Part shown: positions 9,670 to 21,500 of the stretch, piece after piece
How positions within the stretch are numbered: the first letter of the stretch is position 1
Layout: the number at the start of each line of letters is the position of its first letter
Source: an uncultured Chloroflexia bacterium
GTDB taxonomy: Bacteria; Chloroflexota; Limnocylindria; QHBO01
Direction of reading: 5' to 3'
DNA length: 64,000 nt
Assembly: GCA_963773695.1 (NCBI GenBank)
Contig: CAVZCE010000001.1
Span: forward strand, 36,471 to 100,470
Notes under the pieces: model-generated
Seen by the model: only the letters and a program-made list of their open reading frames with translations
The model's database searches: none
Told to the model about the DNA's origin: nothing
Made by a program: the position numbers and the translations under genes

Positions 9670-10554
9670 CTACCCGCCCAGGGCCTCGGCCCCGGAGGCG
9701 ATCTCGATCATCTCCCGCGTGATGGTGGCCTGCCGCGTCTTGTTGTAGACGAGGCTCAGGTCGTCGATCAGCTCGTGGGCGTTTTCGGTGGCGTTGCGCA
9801 TGGCGATCATGCGGGCGCTCTGCTCGGACGCGTTGTGCTCCAGCACGGCGCGGTACAGGTCGACCGCCACGTAATGCGGCAGGAGCCTGCTGAGGACCTC
9901 CTCCGCGGAGGGCTCGAAGAGGTACTCCTCGTTCGACGTCCGCTCCTCGTCCCCGAGCTCCGGGCGCTCCACGGGCAGGATCTGGCGGACGACCGACTCC
10001 TGCGAGAGGGTGCTGACGAAGCGGGTGTAGCTCACCGCGATCTGGTCGTAGCGTCCGGCCAGGAAGTCCTCCGTGACGAGGCGCGCGATGGGCGTGACGT
10101 CGCTGAAGGCAGGCCGGTCGCCCAGGTTCGTGAAGTGCGCGGCAATGGTGATGCCCGCCCGCCGCAGCCCGTCGCGGCCCTTGCGACCCACGGTCACCGC
10201 CTCCACGACCGGTGGCTCGCCCTGCGAGGCATCCGCCTGCTGCGAGATCCATCGCAGCGAGGTGCGGACCACGTTCGTGTCCAGGGCGCCGGCAAGGCTG
10301 CGGTCGGTCGTCAGCGCCACCAGACCGATGCGGCGCACCGGACGCCGCGCGAGGAGCGGATCCGCTTCCTCGGTGACCGCCGCCGCTACGCGGCTCAGCG
10401 CCTCGCGCAGCTCGTCGGAGTAGGGTCGGGCGGCCAGGATGGCGTCCTGCGCACGCTTCATGCGCGAGGCAGCCATCATCTCCATCGCCCTCGTGATCTG
10501 GGCGATGTTGCGGATGGAGGCGATCCGGCCGCGGATCTCCTTCAGGCTGGGCAT
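9670..10554 (-). CDS. atpG: ATP synthase F1 gamma subunit
   Basis: [33 protein letters not shown]. Confidence 0.96.
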   Translation of the reverse strand: MPSLKEIRGRIASIRNIAQITRAMEMMAASRMKRAQDAILAARPYSDELREALSRVAAAVTEEADPLLARRPVRRIGLVALTTDRSLAGALDTNVVRTSLRWISQQADASQGEPPVVEAVTVGRKGRDGLRRAGITIAAHFTNLGDRPAFSDVTPIARLVTEDFLAGRYDQIAVSYTRFVSTLSQESVVRQILPVERPELGDEERTSNEEYLFEPSAEEVLSRLLPHYVAVDLYRAVLEHNASEQSARMIAMRNATENAHELIDDLSLVYNKTRQATITREMIEIASGAEALGG

Positions 10555-10560
10555 GGCCGG

Positions 10561-12381
10561 CTAGCCCTGCTGCTCCCCGTCGGCCGGCTTCTCGCCGCCA
10601 TCGGTCTCCTCGGCAGCCGGCTTAGCGCCGCCATCGGTCTCCTCGTCGGCCGGCTTCTCGGCGCCATCGGTCCCCTCGGCGGCCGCCTCGCGTGCGGCCT
10701 CGGCACGCTGCTCGGCCTTGTCGGCCCCATCGGCCTCGCCGCCCCCATCGGCCACGTCGGCCTCCGCGGCCTCCGCGGTCTCGCCGCCATCGGTCTGGGC
10801 GGGCTCCGCCGGCTCGCCGTCGCCGGCCTCCGGCTCTTTCGCGGCCTCCTCCGACCGGGGCTTGCGCCGCTGGGCGAAGCCCTCCTGCTCGCGGAACTCG
10901 TCCACCGCGTGCCGGAGCTGCTCGATCAGCTCGTCGCTGAGCACCTTCTCCCGGGCGATGGCGGCCAGGATGTCGGGGTACGACGAGTCCAGGAAGCGCC
11001 CGAACCCGAGCTCGAACTCACCGACGCGGCCGGTCTCGACGTCGTCGAGGTAGCCGTTGGTGGCGGCCCAGATGATCATCACCTGGCGCTCCACGGGGAC
11101 CGGCGCGAACTGCGGCTGGCGGAGGACGGCGGTGAGCTTCTCGCCGCGGGTCAGCTGGTCGCGCGTGGCCTTGTCCAGGTCCGACGCGAACTGGGCGAAG
11201 GCCGCGAGCTCGCGGTACTGGGCGAGCTCCAGGCGGAGGCGCCCCGCGACCTGGCGCATGGCCTTGATCTGGGCGTCGCCGCCAACCCGGCTGACGCTGA
11301 TGCCGGCGTTCACCGCGGGCCGCTGGCCCTGGTTGAACAGGTCGGTCTGCAGGAAGATCTGGCCGTCGGTGATGCTGATGACGTTGGTCGGGATGTAGGC
11401 GGAGACGTCGCCCGCCTGCGTCTCGATGATGGGCAGGGCGGTCAGCGATCCGCCGCCGTTGTCCTTGTTCAGCCGCGCGGCCCGCTCCAGGAGCCGGGAG
11501 TGGGCGTAGAAGATGTCGCCCGGGTACGCCTCGCGTCCCGGCGGGCGGCGCATGAGCAGCGACACCTGGCGGTAGGCCCAGGCGTGCTTGGAGAGGTCGT
11601 CGTAGACGCAGAGCGCGTCGCGCCCGGACTCCATGAACTCCTCGCCCATGGCGACGCCGGCGTACGGGGCCAGGAACTGGAGCGGGGCCGGGTCGCTGGC
11701 GCCGGCCGAGACCACGATGGTGTGCTCCATGGCGCCGCGCGCCTCGAGCTCGGCGACGACCTGGGCCACCGTCGACTGCTTCTGGCCGATGGCGACGTAG
11801 ATGCAGATCAGGTCATGACTCTTCTGGTTGATGATCGTGTCGATGGCGATGGCGGTCTTGCCCGTCTGCCGGTCGCCGATGATCAGCTCCCGCTGGCCGC
11901 GGCCGATGGGGATCATGGAGTCGATGGCCTTGATCCCGGTCTGCACCGGGGTGTCCACCCGCTGGCGCACGATGACGCCGGGGGCGATTCGCTCGACGGG
12001 ACGCGTCTTCTTGGTGTCGATGGGGCCCTTGCCGTCGATCGGCTGGCCGAGCGGGTTCACCACGCGGCCGATGAGCGCGTCGCCCACGGGCACCTCGACC
12101 ACGCGCCCGGTGGTCTTGACCTGGTCGCCTTCCTTGAGCTCGGTGTAGTCGCCCATGATCAGGGCGCCCACCGTCTCCTCCTCGAGGTTGAAGGCCATGC
12201 CCATGACCCCGCCGGGGAACTCCAGGAGCTCCGAGGCGAGGGCCCCGGAGAGGCCGTAGATCTGGGCGATGCCGTCGCCCACCTCCACGATGGTCCCCAC
12301 GCCCGCGACGTCGGCGCCCTCGTCGAAGCCCTTGATCTCGCTCCTGATGATCGACGTGATCTCGTCGGATCGGATCGCCAT
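10561..12381 (-). CDS. atpA: ATP synthase F1 alpha subunit with acidic C-terminal tail
   Basis: [25 protein letters not shown]. Confidence 0.97.
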   Translation of the reverse strand: MAIRSDEITSIIRSEIKGFDEGADVAGVGTIVEVGDGIAQIYGLSGALASELLEFPGGVMGMAFNLEEETVGALIMGDYTELKEGDQVKTTGRVVEVPVGDALIGRVVNPLGQPIDGKGPIDTKKTRPVERIAPGVIVRQRVDTPVQTGIKAIDSMIPIGRGQRELIIGDRQTGKTAIAIDTIINQKSHDLICIYVAIGQKQSTVAQVVAELEARGAMEHTIVVSAGASDPAPLQFLAPYAGVAMGEEFMESGRDALCVYDDLSKHAWAYRQVSLLMRRPPGREAYPGDIFYAHSRLLERAARLNKDNGGGSLTALPIIETQAGDVSAYIPTNVISITDGQIFLQTDLFNQGQRPAVNAGISVSRVGGDAQIKAMRQVAGRLRLELAQYRELAAFAQFASDLDKATRDQLTRGEKLTAVLRQPQFAPVPVERQVMIIWAATNGYLDDVETGRVGEFELGFGRFLDSSYPDILAAIAREKVLSDELIEQLRHAVDEFREQEGFAQRRKPRSEEAAKEPEAGDGEPAEPAQTDGGETAEAAEADVADGGGEADGADKAEQRAEAAREAAAEGTDGAEKPADEETDGGAKPAAEETDGGEKPADGEQQG

Positions 12382-12449
12382 CTGTCCTCTTCCTCACCTG
12401 CCTCGCCGCGGTCTGCGACGGCCTTCGTTCCTGTCGTCGGTGCGCCGCG

Positions 12450-12989
12450 TCAGACGGCGATCAGCCGGGCGCGCAGCCGCTCCAGGCGGCTCCGCACGCT
12501 GGCGTCGTAGAGCTGGTCTCCGATGCGCACCGAGATCCCGCCGATGAGCCCGGGATCCACGGTCTCGTGCAGCTCGATCTCCGTGCTGGTCAGCTGCCTG
12601 AGGCGCGCGGTGACGGCCTCGCGCTGCGCCTCGTCGAGCGGCAGCGCGGTCCGCACCTCCGCCCGCGAGACGCCGCGCTCCCTGCGGAGGAGCGCCTCGA
12701 AGTGCTCGACCATGAGCCCGATGGCCCGCGGCCGCCCGCGCCGGATCATGAGCAGGACCAGGCGCAGGGGTCCGGGCTGGACCTCCTTCCCGACGATCCG
12801 TTGCAGGACCCGCTCCTTGGTGGCGAACGGGACGGCGGGGTGCTCCGCCAGCCGCCGCACCTGCGGGTCCGCCAGCAGCTCGCGCAGCGCGCGCAGGTCG
12901 CGTTCCCACGCGTCCAGCGACTTGTCGGACCGCCCCATCTGGAAGGCGGCGTCCGCGTATCGCCGGGCTGCAGTCTGCTGTCGGCCCAT
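12450..12989 (-). CDS. atpH: ATP synthase F1 delta subunit
   Basis: ARRYADA, VDPGLIGG, DASVRSRL; operon position. Confidence 0.93.
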   Translation of the reverse strand: MGRQQTAARRYADAAFQMGRSDKSLDAWERDLRALRELLADPQVRRLAEHPAVPFATKERVLQRIVGKEVQPGPLRLVLLMIRRGRPRAIGLMVEHFEALLRRERGVSRAEVRTALPLDEAQREAVTARLRQLTSTEIELHETVDPGLIGGISVRIGDQLYDASVRSRLERLRARLIAV

Positions 12990-12991
12990 GG

Positions 12992-13525
12992 TCAGTTCTT
13001 CGCGCCCTTGCGGCTCTTCCCGTTCGCCGGCTGCACCTCGGCGAGGAACTCGTCCACGAGCCGGCGCTGGGTGGCGCCGCTCATCTCGGACGAGACGAGC
13101 TTGCCGGCCGCGGAGAGCGCCAGCTCGGCGACCTGGGCGCGGAGCTCGGCCATGGCCTTCTCCTTCTCGCCGTTGATCTCCTCGCGGGCACGCGCGATCA
13201 GCTTGTCCGCCTCGGCCCGAGCGCCGGCCACGGTCTCGGCGCGAGAGTCCTCGGCGATCTTGCCGGCACGGGCGATCATGGCCTGCGCCTCCTTGCGGGC
13301 CTCGGCGACCGCCGCCTCCCGCTCGGCCTGCGCCAGCTGCCGGTCACGCTCGGCAGCCTCCGCGTCCTCGAGTCCCTTGGTGATCCTCCTCCGCCGCTCG
13401 TCGATCATGCCCAGCACGGGCTTGTACGCGAACCGGCGCAGCAGCCAGAGCAGGATCAGGAAGTTGACGATCTGGAAGCCGAGCTTGAAGAAGTCGACCC
13501 CGAACGCGTCGAAGAACTGGGTCAC
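12992..13525 (-). CDS. atpF: ATP synthase Fo b subunit
   Basis: QIVNFLILLWLL..FAYKP followed by a coiled coil; GTG start inferred. Confidence 0.92.
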   Translation of the reverse strand: MTQFFDAFGVDFFKLGFQIVNFLILLWLLRRFAYKPVLGMIDERRRRITKGLEDAEAAERDRQLAQAEREAAVAEARKEAQAMIARAGKIAEDSRAETVAGARAEADKLIARAREEINGEKEKAMAELRAQVAELALSAAGKLVSSEMSGATQRRLVDEFLAEVQPANGKSRKGAKN

Positions 13526-13541
13526 GAGACGAGCTGTCCCG

Positions 13542-14658
<1,117 letters not shown>

Positions 14659-14661
14659 TCC

Positions 14662-14913
14662 CTACCTCCTCATCGCCTGCTGGGCCACGTCCCAGATCGT
14701 GTACATCGCTGTTGCGATCCCGAGCACCACGCCGACGAGGGTGAAGATGGGGCTCGTATGCAGCCAGCCGTCCACGATCAGGCCGAGGCCCAGGCCGAAG
14801 ATGACGCTTATCCCGAGTCGCAATCCCAGGTCCAGCGCCATCGCCCAGTTCGGCGGCTGCCCGGGAGACCCGTGCCCGGGTCCGCGGCCGCCTTCGGGGC
14901 CGGTATCGGTCAT
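14662..14913 (-). CDS. AtpZ/AtpI-family 2-TM protein
   Basis: GLIVDGWLHTSPIFTLVG; at the head of the atp operon. Confidence 0.85.
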   Translation of the reverse strand: MTDTGPEGGRGPGHGSPGQPPNWAMALDLGLRLGISVIFGLGLGLIVDGWLHTSPIFTLVGVVLGIATAMYTIWDVAQQAMRR

Positions 14914-14935
14914 CGCTCGGAGCTGCGTCCGGCGC

Positions 14936-15193
14936 TCAGTGGTCCGGCGAACGCCGGATCCCCTGCGCGCGGCCGGAACCGTAGAGCCGCTGACCGTGCC
15001 GAATGTAGCGCCAGATTCCCGCGATCGCGATCACGTTGCCGACCCCGAACCCGCTCAAGACACAAATCGGCGAGGTCCCCAGGATCGCGTCGAGCACGAT
15101 TCCGGCGACCGCGCCACCAACCATCGGGATCAGGAGGATCAGGAACACGTGGCCCATGATCTTCACGAGCCCAATGGGCGTCAGTTGTGCCAT
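14936..15193 (-). CDS. Second AtpZ/AtpI-family 2-TM protein
   Basis: GIVLDAILGTSPICVLSG. Confidence 0.75.
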   Translation of the reverse strand: MAQLTPIGLVKIMGHVFLILLIPMVGGAVAGIVLDAILGTSPICVLSGFGVGNVIAIAGIWRYIRHGQRLYGSGRAQGIRRSPDH

Positions 15194-15289
15194 GCCAGGT
15201 TCGACTCACAGCGGTCGGACGGCGGGAGTATAGCGGAGCCTCCCCGATCTGGCGACCGGGGAGCGCTGGAGCGTGCTCGCCGGGTCCGC

Positions 15290-15573
15290 GTGGTAGTGGG
15301 ACTACCCAAACGACCGCGGAGCGGCCCTTCCTCGCTCGCGGTGGTAGTGGGACTACCCAAACGACCGGCAAGTGGCCCTTCCTCGCTCGCGGTGGTAGTG
15401 GGACTACCCAAACGACCGCGCAAGCGTGCACCTCCGCGACCGCGGTGGTAGTGGGACTACCCAAACGACCAGCGAAGGCGGGCTCCTCGGACAGATGGGT
15501 AGCGGGACTACCGAAACGACCGGCGAAGCGCGGGCTCCTCGGACAGATGGGTAGCGGGACTACCGAAACGACG
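15290..15573. repeat. Six-unit array of a palindromic 26-bp repeat (GTGGTAGTGGGACTACCCAAACGACC), 51-53 bp period
   Basis: Units at 15290, 15341, 15392, 15445, 15496 and 15548; spacers resemble one another. Confidence 0.9.
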
Positions 15574-15733
15574 GGCGACGCGCGACGAGCGACGAGCGAC
15601 GAGCGACGAGCGACGGCGACGAGCGACGGCGAACGGCGAACGGCGGAGGCGGAGCTCCCCGAGACAGCGCCAACCGTGGGCGACCAGTTGGGTCACCGAG
15701 GGCCCGGTTGACGCCGGCCACATCGGCTCGTAT

Positions 15734-15760
15734 CGTTATTCAACCCCATGGTTGATAACG
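15734..15760. promoter_or_regulatory. Palindromic operator, probably for the adjacent ArsR
   Basis: CGTTATTCAACC-CCAT-GGTTGATAACG directly upstream of the ArsR-SRPBCC pair. Confidence 0.75.
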
Positions 15761-15769
15761 GACTCGCCA

Positions 15770-16099
15770 ATGACCGCCGCTGACCCGGCCGTGACCTTCG
15801 CCGCGCTGGGGGACCCGGTGCGCCGCTCGATCGTCGATCGGCTTGCGCACGGGGACGCCACCGTGAACGAGATCGCGGCCCTGTTCCCCATCTCCCTCCA
15901 GGCGGTGTCGAAGCACCTCAAGGTCCTGGAGCGGGCCGGCGTCGTCTCACGGCGCCGCGAGCGCCAGACGAGGCCGGTTCACCTGGAGCCGGCCGCGCTG
16001 TCGCGGTCGGCGGACTGGCTGGAGGCCCATCGGCGGCGGATCGAGGCCCGCTATCGCCGGCTCGACGGCGTCCTTGACTCAATGAAGGAGCAACCGTGA
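15770..16099 (+). CDS. ArsR/SmtB family regulator
   Basis: FAALGDPVRRSI, SLQAVSKHLKVLERAG. Confidence 0.92.
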   Translation: MTAADPAVTFAALGDPVRRSIVDRLAHGDATVNEIAALFPISLQAVSKHLKVLERAGVVSRRRERQTRPVHLEPAALSRSADWLEAHRRRIEARYRRLDGVLDSMKEQP

Positions 16100-16602
16100 C
16101 CAACACCCGCACCGTGACCGCGGCCCCGGGAGCGCAGAGCATCGCCTTCTCGCGGGAGTTCGAGGCGCCCGCTGCGCTCGTCTTCGAGGCGCACGTGGAC
16201 CCGGAGATCGTCGCCCGTTGGACCGGTCCGGCCGGTACCAGCGTCACCATGCGCATCTGGGACGCGCGGACCGGCGGCAGCTGGAGCTACGTGGTCGGCG
16301 GGACCAGCGAGCGCGGCGTCGCCGGCTCGTGGGGATTCCACGGGTCGTTCCACGAGGTGACCGCGTCCGCGCGCATCGTCCAGACGTTCGAGTTCGAGGG
16401 AGACCCCGGCCACCCGTCCTTCGAGGTCCTCACCTTCACGGACCTGCCGGGCGGGCGGAGCCGAATCGACGGGCTCTCCACGTTCTTGAGCGTCGAGGAC
16501 CGCGACGCGATGCTCGCCGACATGGACGCCGGAATGGACGAGAACTTCGACCGGCTCGAGGCGCTCCTTGCCGAACGGGCTCGCAGGGGCTTGATCGCCT
16601 AG
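16096..16602 (+). CDS. SRPBCC/AHSA1-domain protein
   Basis: REFEAP..LVF.AH.DP...W; typical ArsR partner. Confidence 0.88.
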   Translation: MTNTRTVTAAPGAQSIAFSREFEAPAALVFEAHVDPEIVARWTGPAGTSVTMRIWDARTGGSWSYVVGGTSERGVAGSWGFHGSFHEVTASARIVQTFEFEGDPGHPSFEVLTFTDLPGGRSRIDGLSTFLSVEDRDAMLADMDAGMDENFDRLEALLAERARRGLIA

Positions 16603-17900
16603 GCGGGAACCGTCCCGCGGACCCGCTCCACGGTCCACGGCAGGCCGGGCACCGGGAAGCGGTCCGCGACCCCGGCGACCCGCTCACGGACGGCGGCCTG
16701 GGCGGCAGCATCCCCCCGCGCAGCAATCCCGTCCACGATCAGGTCCCCGATCTCGGCCATCTCCGCCTCGTGCATCCCGCGGCTCGTCACCGCCGGGGTG
16801 CCGACCCGGATTCCGCTGCCCACGAAGGGCGGGTTGGGGTCGTACGGGATGGTGTTCTTGTTCACGGTGATCCGCACCTCTCCCAGGGCGGCATCGGCCT
16901 CCTTGCCGGTCACGCCCCAGGGCCGCACGTCGACCAGCATGAGGTGGTTGTCCGTGCCGCCGGTGATCACCGCACCGCCGCGCTCGGCGAGCCGCGACGC
17001 GAGGGCCCTCGCGTTCGCCACCGTCTGCGCCGCGTCCCGCCGGAACTCGGGGCTCGTGGCCTCCTTCAGGGCCACCGCCTTGCCGGCGATGATGTGCTCC
17101 AGCGGCCCGCCCTGGATGGCCGGGAAGACCGCCTTGTCGATCGCCTTGGCGTACTCCGCGGTGCACAGGATCATGCCGCCGCGCGGGCCGCGCAGCGTCT
17201 TGTGGGTGGTGGTGGTCACGATCTGGGCGTAGGGGATGGGGCTGGGGTGGACGCCGGCTGCCACCAGGCCGGCGAAGTGAGCCATATCGGTCATCAGGAT
17301 GGCGCCGACCTCGTCGGCGATCTCCCGGAAGGCGGGGAAGTCCCAGATGCGCGGGTAGGCCGTGGCACCGGTCACGATGAGCTTGGGCCTGTGCTCGCGC
17401 GCCAGCCGCCGCACGTCGTCCATGTCGATCAGGTGGGTGGCGGGGTCCACGCTGTAGGGAACGAAGCTGTAGTACTGGCCGGAGAAGTTCACCGGCGAGC
17501 CGTGGGTGAGGTGCCCGCCCTGGTCCAGCGCCAGGCCCATCACCGTGTCGCCGCGCTCCAGGACCGCGTGGTAGACGGCCATGTTCGCCTGCGCGCCGGC
17601 GTGCGGCTGGACGTTCGCGTGGTCCGCGCCGAAGAGCTGCGTTGCACGGGTGCGCGCCAGCTCCTCCACCTGGTCCACGATCTCGCAGCCGCCGTAGTAG
17701 CGGCGGCCGGGATAGCCCTCCGCGTACTTCGCGGTCAGGACCGACCCCACGGCCTCAAGGACGGCACGCGAGGGGTAGCTCTCCGACGCGATCAGCTCGA
17801 GGTTCGACCGGGCCCGCTCCTCTTCGGCGTGGACGAGCGACGCGATCTCGGGATCCTCGGTCTCGAGCGGAGCCCAGAAGTCCATGACGGCAAGCTCCAT
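16599..17900 (-). CDS. glyA: Serine hydroxymethyltransferase (start 17900 or 17885)
   Basis: [35 protein letters not shown]. Confidence 0.97.
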   Translation of the reverse strand: MELAVMDFWAPLETEDPEIASLVHAEEERARSNLELIASESYPSRAVLEAVGSVLTAKYAEGYPGRRYYGGCEIVDQVEELARTRATQLFGADHANVQPHAGAQANMAVYHAVLERGDTVMGLALDQGGHLTHGSPVNFSGQYYSFVPYSVDPATHLIDMDDVRRLAREHRPKLIVTGATAYPRIWDFPAFREIADEVGAILMTDMAHFAGLVAAGVHPSPIPYAQIVTTTTHKTLRGPRGGMILCTAEYAKAIDKAVFPAIQGGPLEHIIAGKAVALKEATSPEFRRDAAQTVANARALASRLAERGGAVITGGTDNHLMLVDVRPWGVTGKEADAALGEVRITVNKNTIPYDPNPPFVGSGIRVGTPAVTSRGMHEAEMAEIGDLIVDGIAARGDAAAQAAVRERVAGVADRFPVPGLPWTVERVRGTVPA

Positions 17901-17966
17901 GGTGCGGCGTGTTCGATGGAGCATCGAGTGTAGACCGATGGTGGCGCCCCGGCGACCCTGGCGCCC

Positions 17967-18986
17967 TCAGGCGGGAGGCGCTGCCTCCCGGGCCCAGCCG
18001 ATGCGGCTGTCGATCATGCGGTGCATCCGCCAGTAGTGCGGCCGGAAGCCGAGCGCCGGCCAGGCCCGCGACGCGGAGAGGGTGGCGGCGCGCCAGTCGG
18101 TGACGCACCAGCGCGCCCCGCCGGCCAGCGCCACGGAAAGCCCGTGACCGACCAGGGCGGCCATGAGGCCGCGTCCGCGGGCCGCCGGGGCCGTCATGCC
18201 GATGCCGAGCTCGACCGCGTCCTCCGGGACGGCCGGCGAGGGCTGGGTGGGGTAGAAGGCGGCCATGGCCAGCGCCTCCCCGCTCGATTCGTCGACGGCG
18301 AGCCACAGGTCGCCCTCCGGATCGCGCAGCTCCTCCTCCCATTCGGCGCGAAGGGTGGGCCAGCGCTCCGGGAGGGTGACGGCGTAGACCGGTGCCTCGA
18401 GGAGGGCGTCCGCGATGAGGCGGGCGAGCGGCAGGATGCGCTCCAGGTCGTCGAGGTCGGCCCGCACGATCCGCACCCCGGGCGCGCCCGTGGGCAGGCC
18501 GGCCGGGTCGGCGCTCCGCAGGGCGTAGGCCTGCATCTTCCCGAACCCCACGCGCACCCAGGCATCCACCGACCCGTCGAAGGCGTCCGGGACAAGGGTG
18601 TAGTGCGCGTGGATGCCGCGTCGCACGAACGGGTCGGACCAGGCGGCGTAGAGATCGCGGATCAGCTCGGCGTCCTCGGCCGGGGCCAGTGCCTCGCCGA
18701 CCAGGCTCACCCACGCCGAGCGGCCCCAGATCTCCTCGAGCCGCGGCGCGCCGGCCATGAATCCGGCGAGCTCGCCGTCCGGCGCCATGGCGGCAATCCC
18801 CAGCGCACCGTCCACGGCGAGCACCGCGTCCAGCAATGGGCGCATGGCGGCGGGGTCCTCGAACCGCGGCGACAGGGCGGGCAGGGCCGCGCGCCAGCGG
18901 GCATGGCGTGCGGCAAGCAGGCGCGCGGCCGGGTCGAAATGCTCGTTCGCGAAGGGGACGATGTGGTGGGGCCGGGCGTCGCTCAT
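17967..18986 (-). CDS. GNAT family N-acetyltransferase (tandem domain)
   Basis: ARGRGLMAAL acetyl-CoA motif, W.ALGF. Confidence 0.8.
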   Translation of the reverse strand: MSDARPHHIVPFANEHFDPAARLLAARHARWRAALPALSPRFEDPAAMRPLLDAVLAVDGALGIAAMAPDGELAGFMAGAPRLEEIWGRSAWVSLVGEALAPAEDAELIRDLYAAWSDPFVRRGIHAHYTLVPDAFDGSVDAWVRVGFGKMQAYALRSADPAGLPTGAPGVRIVRADLDDLERILPLARLIADALLEAPVYAVTLPERWPTLRAEWEEELRDPEGDLWLAVDESSGEALAMAAFYPTQPSPAVPEDAVELGIGMTAPAARGRGLMAALVGHGLSVALAGGARWCVTDWRAATLSASRAWPALGFRPHYWRMHRMIDSRIGWAREAAPPA

Positions 18987-18996
18987 GGGGAGCGGA

Positions 18997-19713
18997 CTAT
19001 AGCTGGCCCCCGCGCCCGATGCCCTCGCCGTGCGCCATCCCGAGCCGCTCCAGGAGCCGGCCCCCGGCGGCCCAGGCGAAAGGCTCGTCGCGCTCCAGGC
19101 GACGTGACTCCTCCGCCAGGATCCAGGCGTGCTCCGGGTTCTCCCGGGGGAGGATGCGATGCTGCCGGAAGCGCTCGGCCTCGTACCGGATGAAGGCGGC
19201 GTACCGGTCGAGCGGCTTGGCCCGCGAGACCGCCTCCTCCACGCCGGGCTGGAAGTCGATGGGCACCATGATCCGACCGAAGAAGGCGCCGAGGTCGGTG
19301 GCGATGAGGTCCGACTCCTGGCTGTGGCCGCCCAGCCTGAGGATGGGCCCCGGGGAGCTGAAGACGATGACCGTCTCGTCCGGCGCCACCTCGTCCGCCA
19401 CGACGTCTCCGCCCAGGCTCACGAAGTCGTTCTGGATGCCCAGGCGGTCGGAGAGCTCGACCTTGCCCCAGCTGAACCCCGACTCGAGCGGCATTCGCGA
19501 CTGGCGGGTCAGATCGACCGCCTGGCCGCGGGCCTCCGTGCCGGTCGTCCAGAAGCGAACCTTCTCCGGGTCGTAGTGGCGGAGCGTGGGACGGTCGCGG
19601 AGGGCGATCAGCAGCCGCGAAGGGCCGGGGTGGACGGGATAGCGCGACTCGAGCCAGAAGCCGTACTCCGCGAGGCGGCGCGTGGCATCGGTCAGGTCAA
19701 CAGTCATGGTCAT
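18997..19713 (-). CDS. Hypothetical protein
   Basis: 238-aa ORF with globular composition, co-directional with its neighbours. Confidence 0.7.
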   Translation of the reverse strand: MTMTVDLTDATRRLAEYGFWLESRYPVHPGPSRLLIALRDRPTLRHYDPEKVRFWTTGTEARGQAVDLTRQSRMPLESGFSWGKVELSDRLGIQNDFVSLGGDVVADEVAPDETVIVFSSPGPILRLGGHSQESDLIATDLGAFFGRIMVPIDFQPGVEEAVSRAKPLDRYAAFIRYEAERFRQHRILPRENPEHAWILAEESRRLERDEPFAWAAGGRLLERLGMAHGEGIGRGGQL

Positions 19714-19758
19714 GAGCCCAGCGTCGCGAGTCGCTTGCCACGCGACAAGGTCCGCTCG

Positions 19759-20223
19759 TCACCCGCTCGCGTGACCCGCGTCCCGGGAGGCGGGGACCTC
19801 CACGACGCCCTCTGCGGTCACCCGGACGGCCTGTCCCTCGCGGATGCGACCCAGCGCCTCCGGCGGGAGCTGCACGATGGGGACTCGCACCCCGTACAGC
19901 TCCTCCGCCACGGCGGCGCCCACGGCGAGGATGAGGTCCGGCTCCCCGATCACGATCGCCGCCGGCGCCGTCCCGGCCCGGACCGCCTCGGCCAGGATGG
20001 AGGACGAGGAGGAGGATCCGCGTGACGACGGCATGACGACCACGCGCCCCGCCATCCGCTCCCCGCGCTGCGGGTGATGTGCGTCCACGATCCGGCCCGA
20101 GGCGGGATCCAGGCCGCCCCACAGGCTGAGCGGCTCGCCCAGGACCAGCGCGCTCCCGCTCGCCTCGCCCGGCGCGAGCGGGCGGCCGGCCATCCGCTGC
20201 GGACGCGTCCCCGCCCGGGTCAC
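19759..20223 (-). CDS. Aconitase X swiveling subunit (DUF126)
   Basis: LSLWGGLDP.SG.I.D.HHP, RGSSSSS; GTG start overlaps the upstream stop. Confidence 0.88.
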   Translation of the reverse strand: MTRAGTRPQRMAGRPLAPGEASGSALVLGEPLSLWGGLDPASGRIVDAHHPQRGERMAGRVVVMPSSRGSSSSSSILAEAVRAGTAPAAIVIGEPDLILAVGAAVAEELYGVRVPIVQLPPEALGRIREGQAVRVTAEGVVEVPASRDAGHASG

Positions 20224-21500
20224 GCGACCGGCCCCCAGGCGGAGGGCAGGCGGACCACGCGGCCGGCCACGGCGGAGCGGACGCACTCCGCGACGCTCCC
20301 GAACACGACGCGCGCGCCGATGTTCCCCGGAGCGTAGTAGGCCCACTTGCCCGAGTCGGTCATCACCGGGGCCTCGCCGTCGCGGAGCACCGGCGAGACG
20401 TAGCTGCAGGTGTCCACGAGGAGCGAGACGCCCGACGCGCGCAGCCGGCCCGCGATCCCCGTCGCCTCGGCCGCGTCCAGGATGTCCCGGCCGGTCGAGA
20501 CCAGGAGCTCCACGCCTGCCGCGGGGCGCCCCTTCCCCAGCAGGTCCAGCACACCGGTGAGCTCCGCGAGCGAGGCGTGCGGTGTCCCAAGGGCCACCGC
20601 GCGCAGCGGCAGGGCCTCGTCCGCGGTCGTCAGCTCGTCGCGCGCGGCGCGCAGCTCGGCCATCGTGATCTCCTCCACCGCATCGGGCGCTGCGCCGCCC
20701 AGCGCCTGGTCGAGGGTGGCGGCCTCCGGGGTGGATCCCACCGCGTGGAAGAGGGCGACCGCGCCGGACGAGGCCGCCGCCGCACCCACCGCCTTGAGGC
20801 GGTCCTCGCTCAGCCCCGGCGGCAGCCCGTCGAGCACCGCGACGGCCGTGCCGGCGCGCCGACCGAGCACGATCCCCAGGACCGCGTAGAACGCCTCGTC
20901 GTCGACGAGCGCCGCCGGAACGTCGGCCGCCAGGCGCAGCACCAGGCTGCCGCGCCGCGCCTCGGTGCGGTGCAGGCCGGCGTCGGGCGCCCGTCCGCTG
21001 ATGGCGCAGGCGATGTCGGTGAAGTCGCCGTATCGGTTCGTGCGCGCACCCAGGACGGAGTTGCAGAAGACGATGGCGTTGGACTCCGCCCATGCCACCT
21101 GCTCGCCCAGGGCCGGGCGCCCATCCGGGAGCTGGTAGGGGGCGCAGGTGAAGGTGGGTCGGCATCCGAGCCGGCGGTAGCGCTCCATGAGGAGGCGCCC
21201 GCGCTCCGCGGTCGCCGCGTCCCCGTGCCACAGCTCGGGGTGGAGCAGGTCCAGGGTGCCGACGTTCAGCGTGCTGGGGACCGAGACGGAGGCCCCGCCG
21301 TCGACGAGGCGGTCCGCGAAGTCCAGGCTCGCCTGCCCGTGGTAGAGGCACGAGTCGACGTGGGCGCGGGTGATGGGGATGAGCGCCGCCGCCCCCAGGA
21401 CCTCCGCGCTCCGCACCACGAGGCGCATCGCCAGGGCGGTGCCGTCCCCCCGGATGCCGGCCAGCAGCGCCCGCTCGACGGGCGTCAGGGTGAGGGTCAG
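20220..21500 (-). CDS. Aconitase X catalytic subunit (DUF521), probable CTG start
   Basis: HVDSCLY, TCAPY, AWAESNA..FCNSVLGARTN, DTC, TDSGK. Confidence 0.9.
   Translation of the reverse strand: MTLTLTPVERALLAGIRGDGTALAMRLVVRSAEVLGAAALIPITRAHVDSCLYHGQASLDFADRLVDGGASVSVPSTLNVGTLDLLHPELWHGDAATAERGRLLMERYRRLGCRPTFTCAPYQLPDGRPALGEQVAWAESNAIVFCNSVLGARTNRYGDFTDIACAISGRAPDAGLHRTEARRGSLVLRLAADVPAALVDDEAFYAVLGIVLGRRAGTAVAVLDGLPPGLSEDRLKAVGAAAASSGAVALFHAVGSTPEAATLDQALGGAAPDAVEEITMAELRAARDELTTADEALPLRAVALGTPHASLAELTGVLDLLGKGRPAAGVELLVSTGRDILDAAEATGIAGRLRASGVSLLVDTCSYVSPVLRDGEAPVMTDSGKWAYYAPGNIGARVVFGSVAECVRSAVAGRVVRLPSAWGPVA

Noticed and set aside
15290..15573. CRISPR array
   Set aside because: Spacers are short and related to each other, and there are no cas genes or AT-rich leader; kept as a repeat
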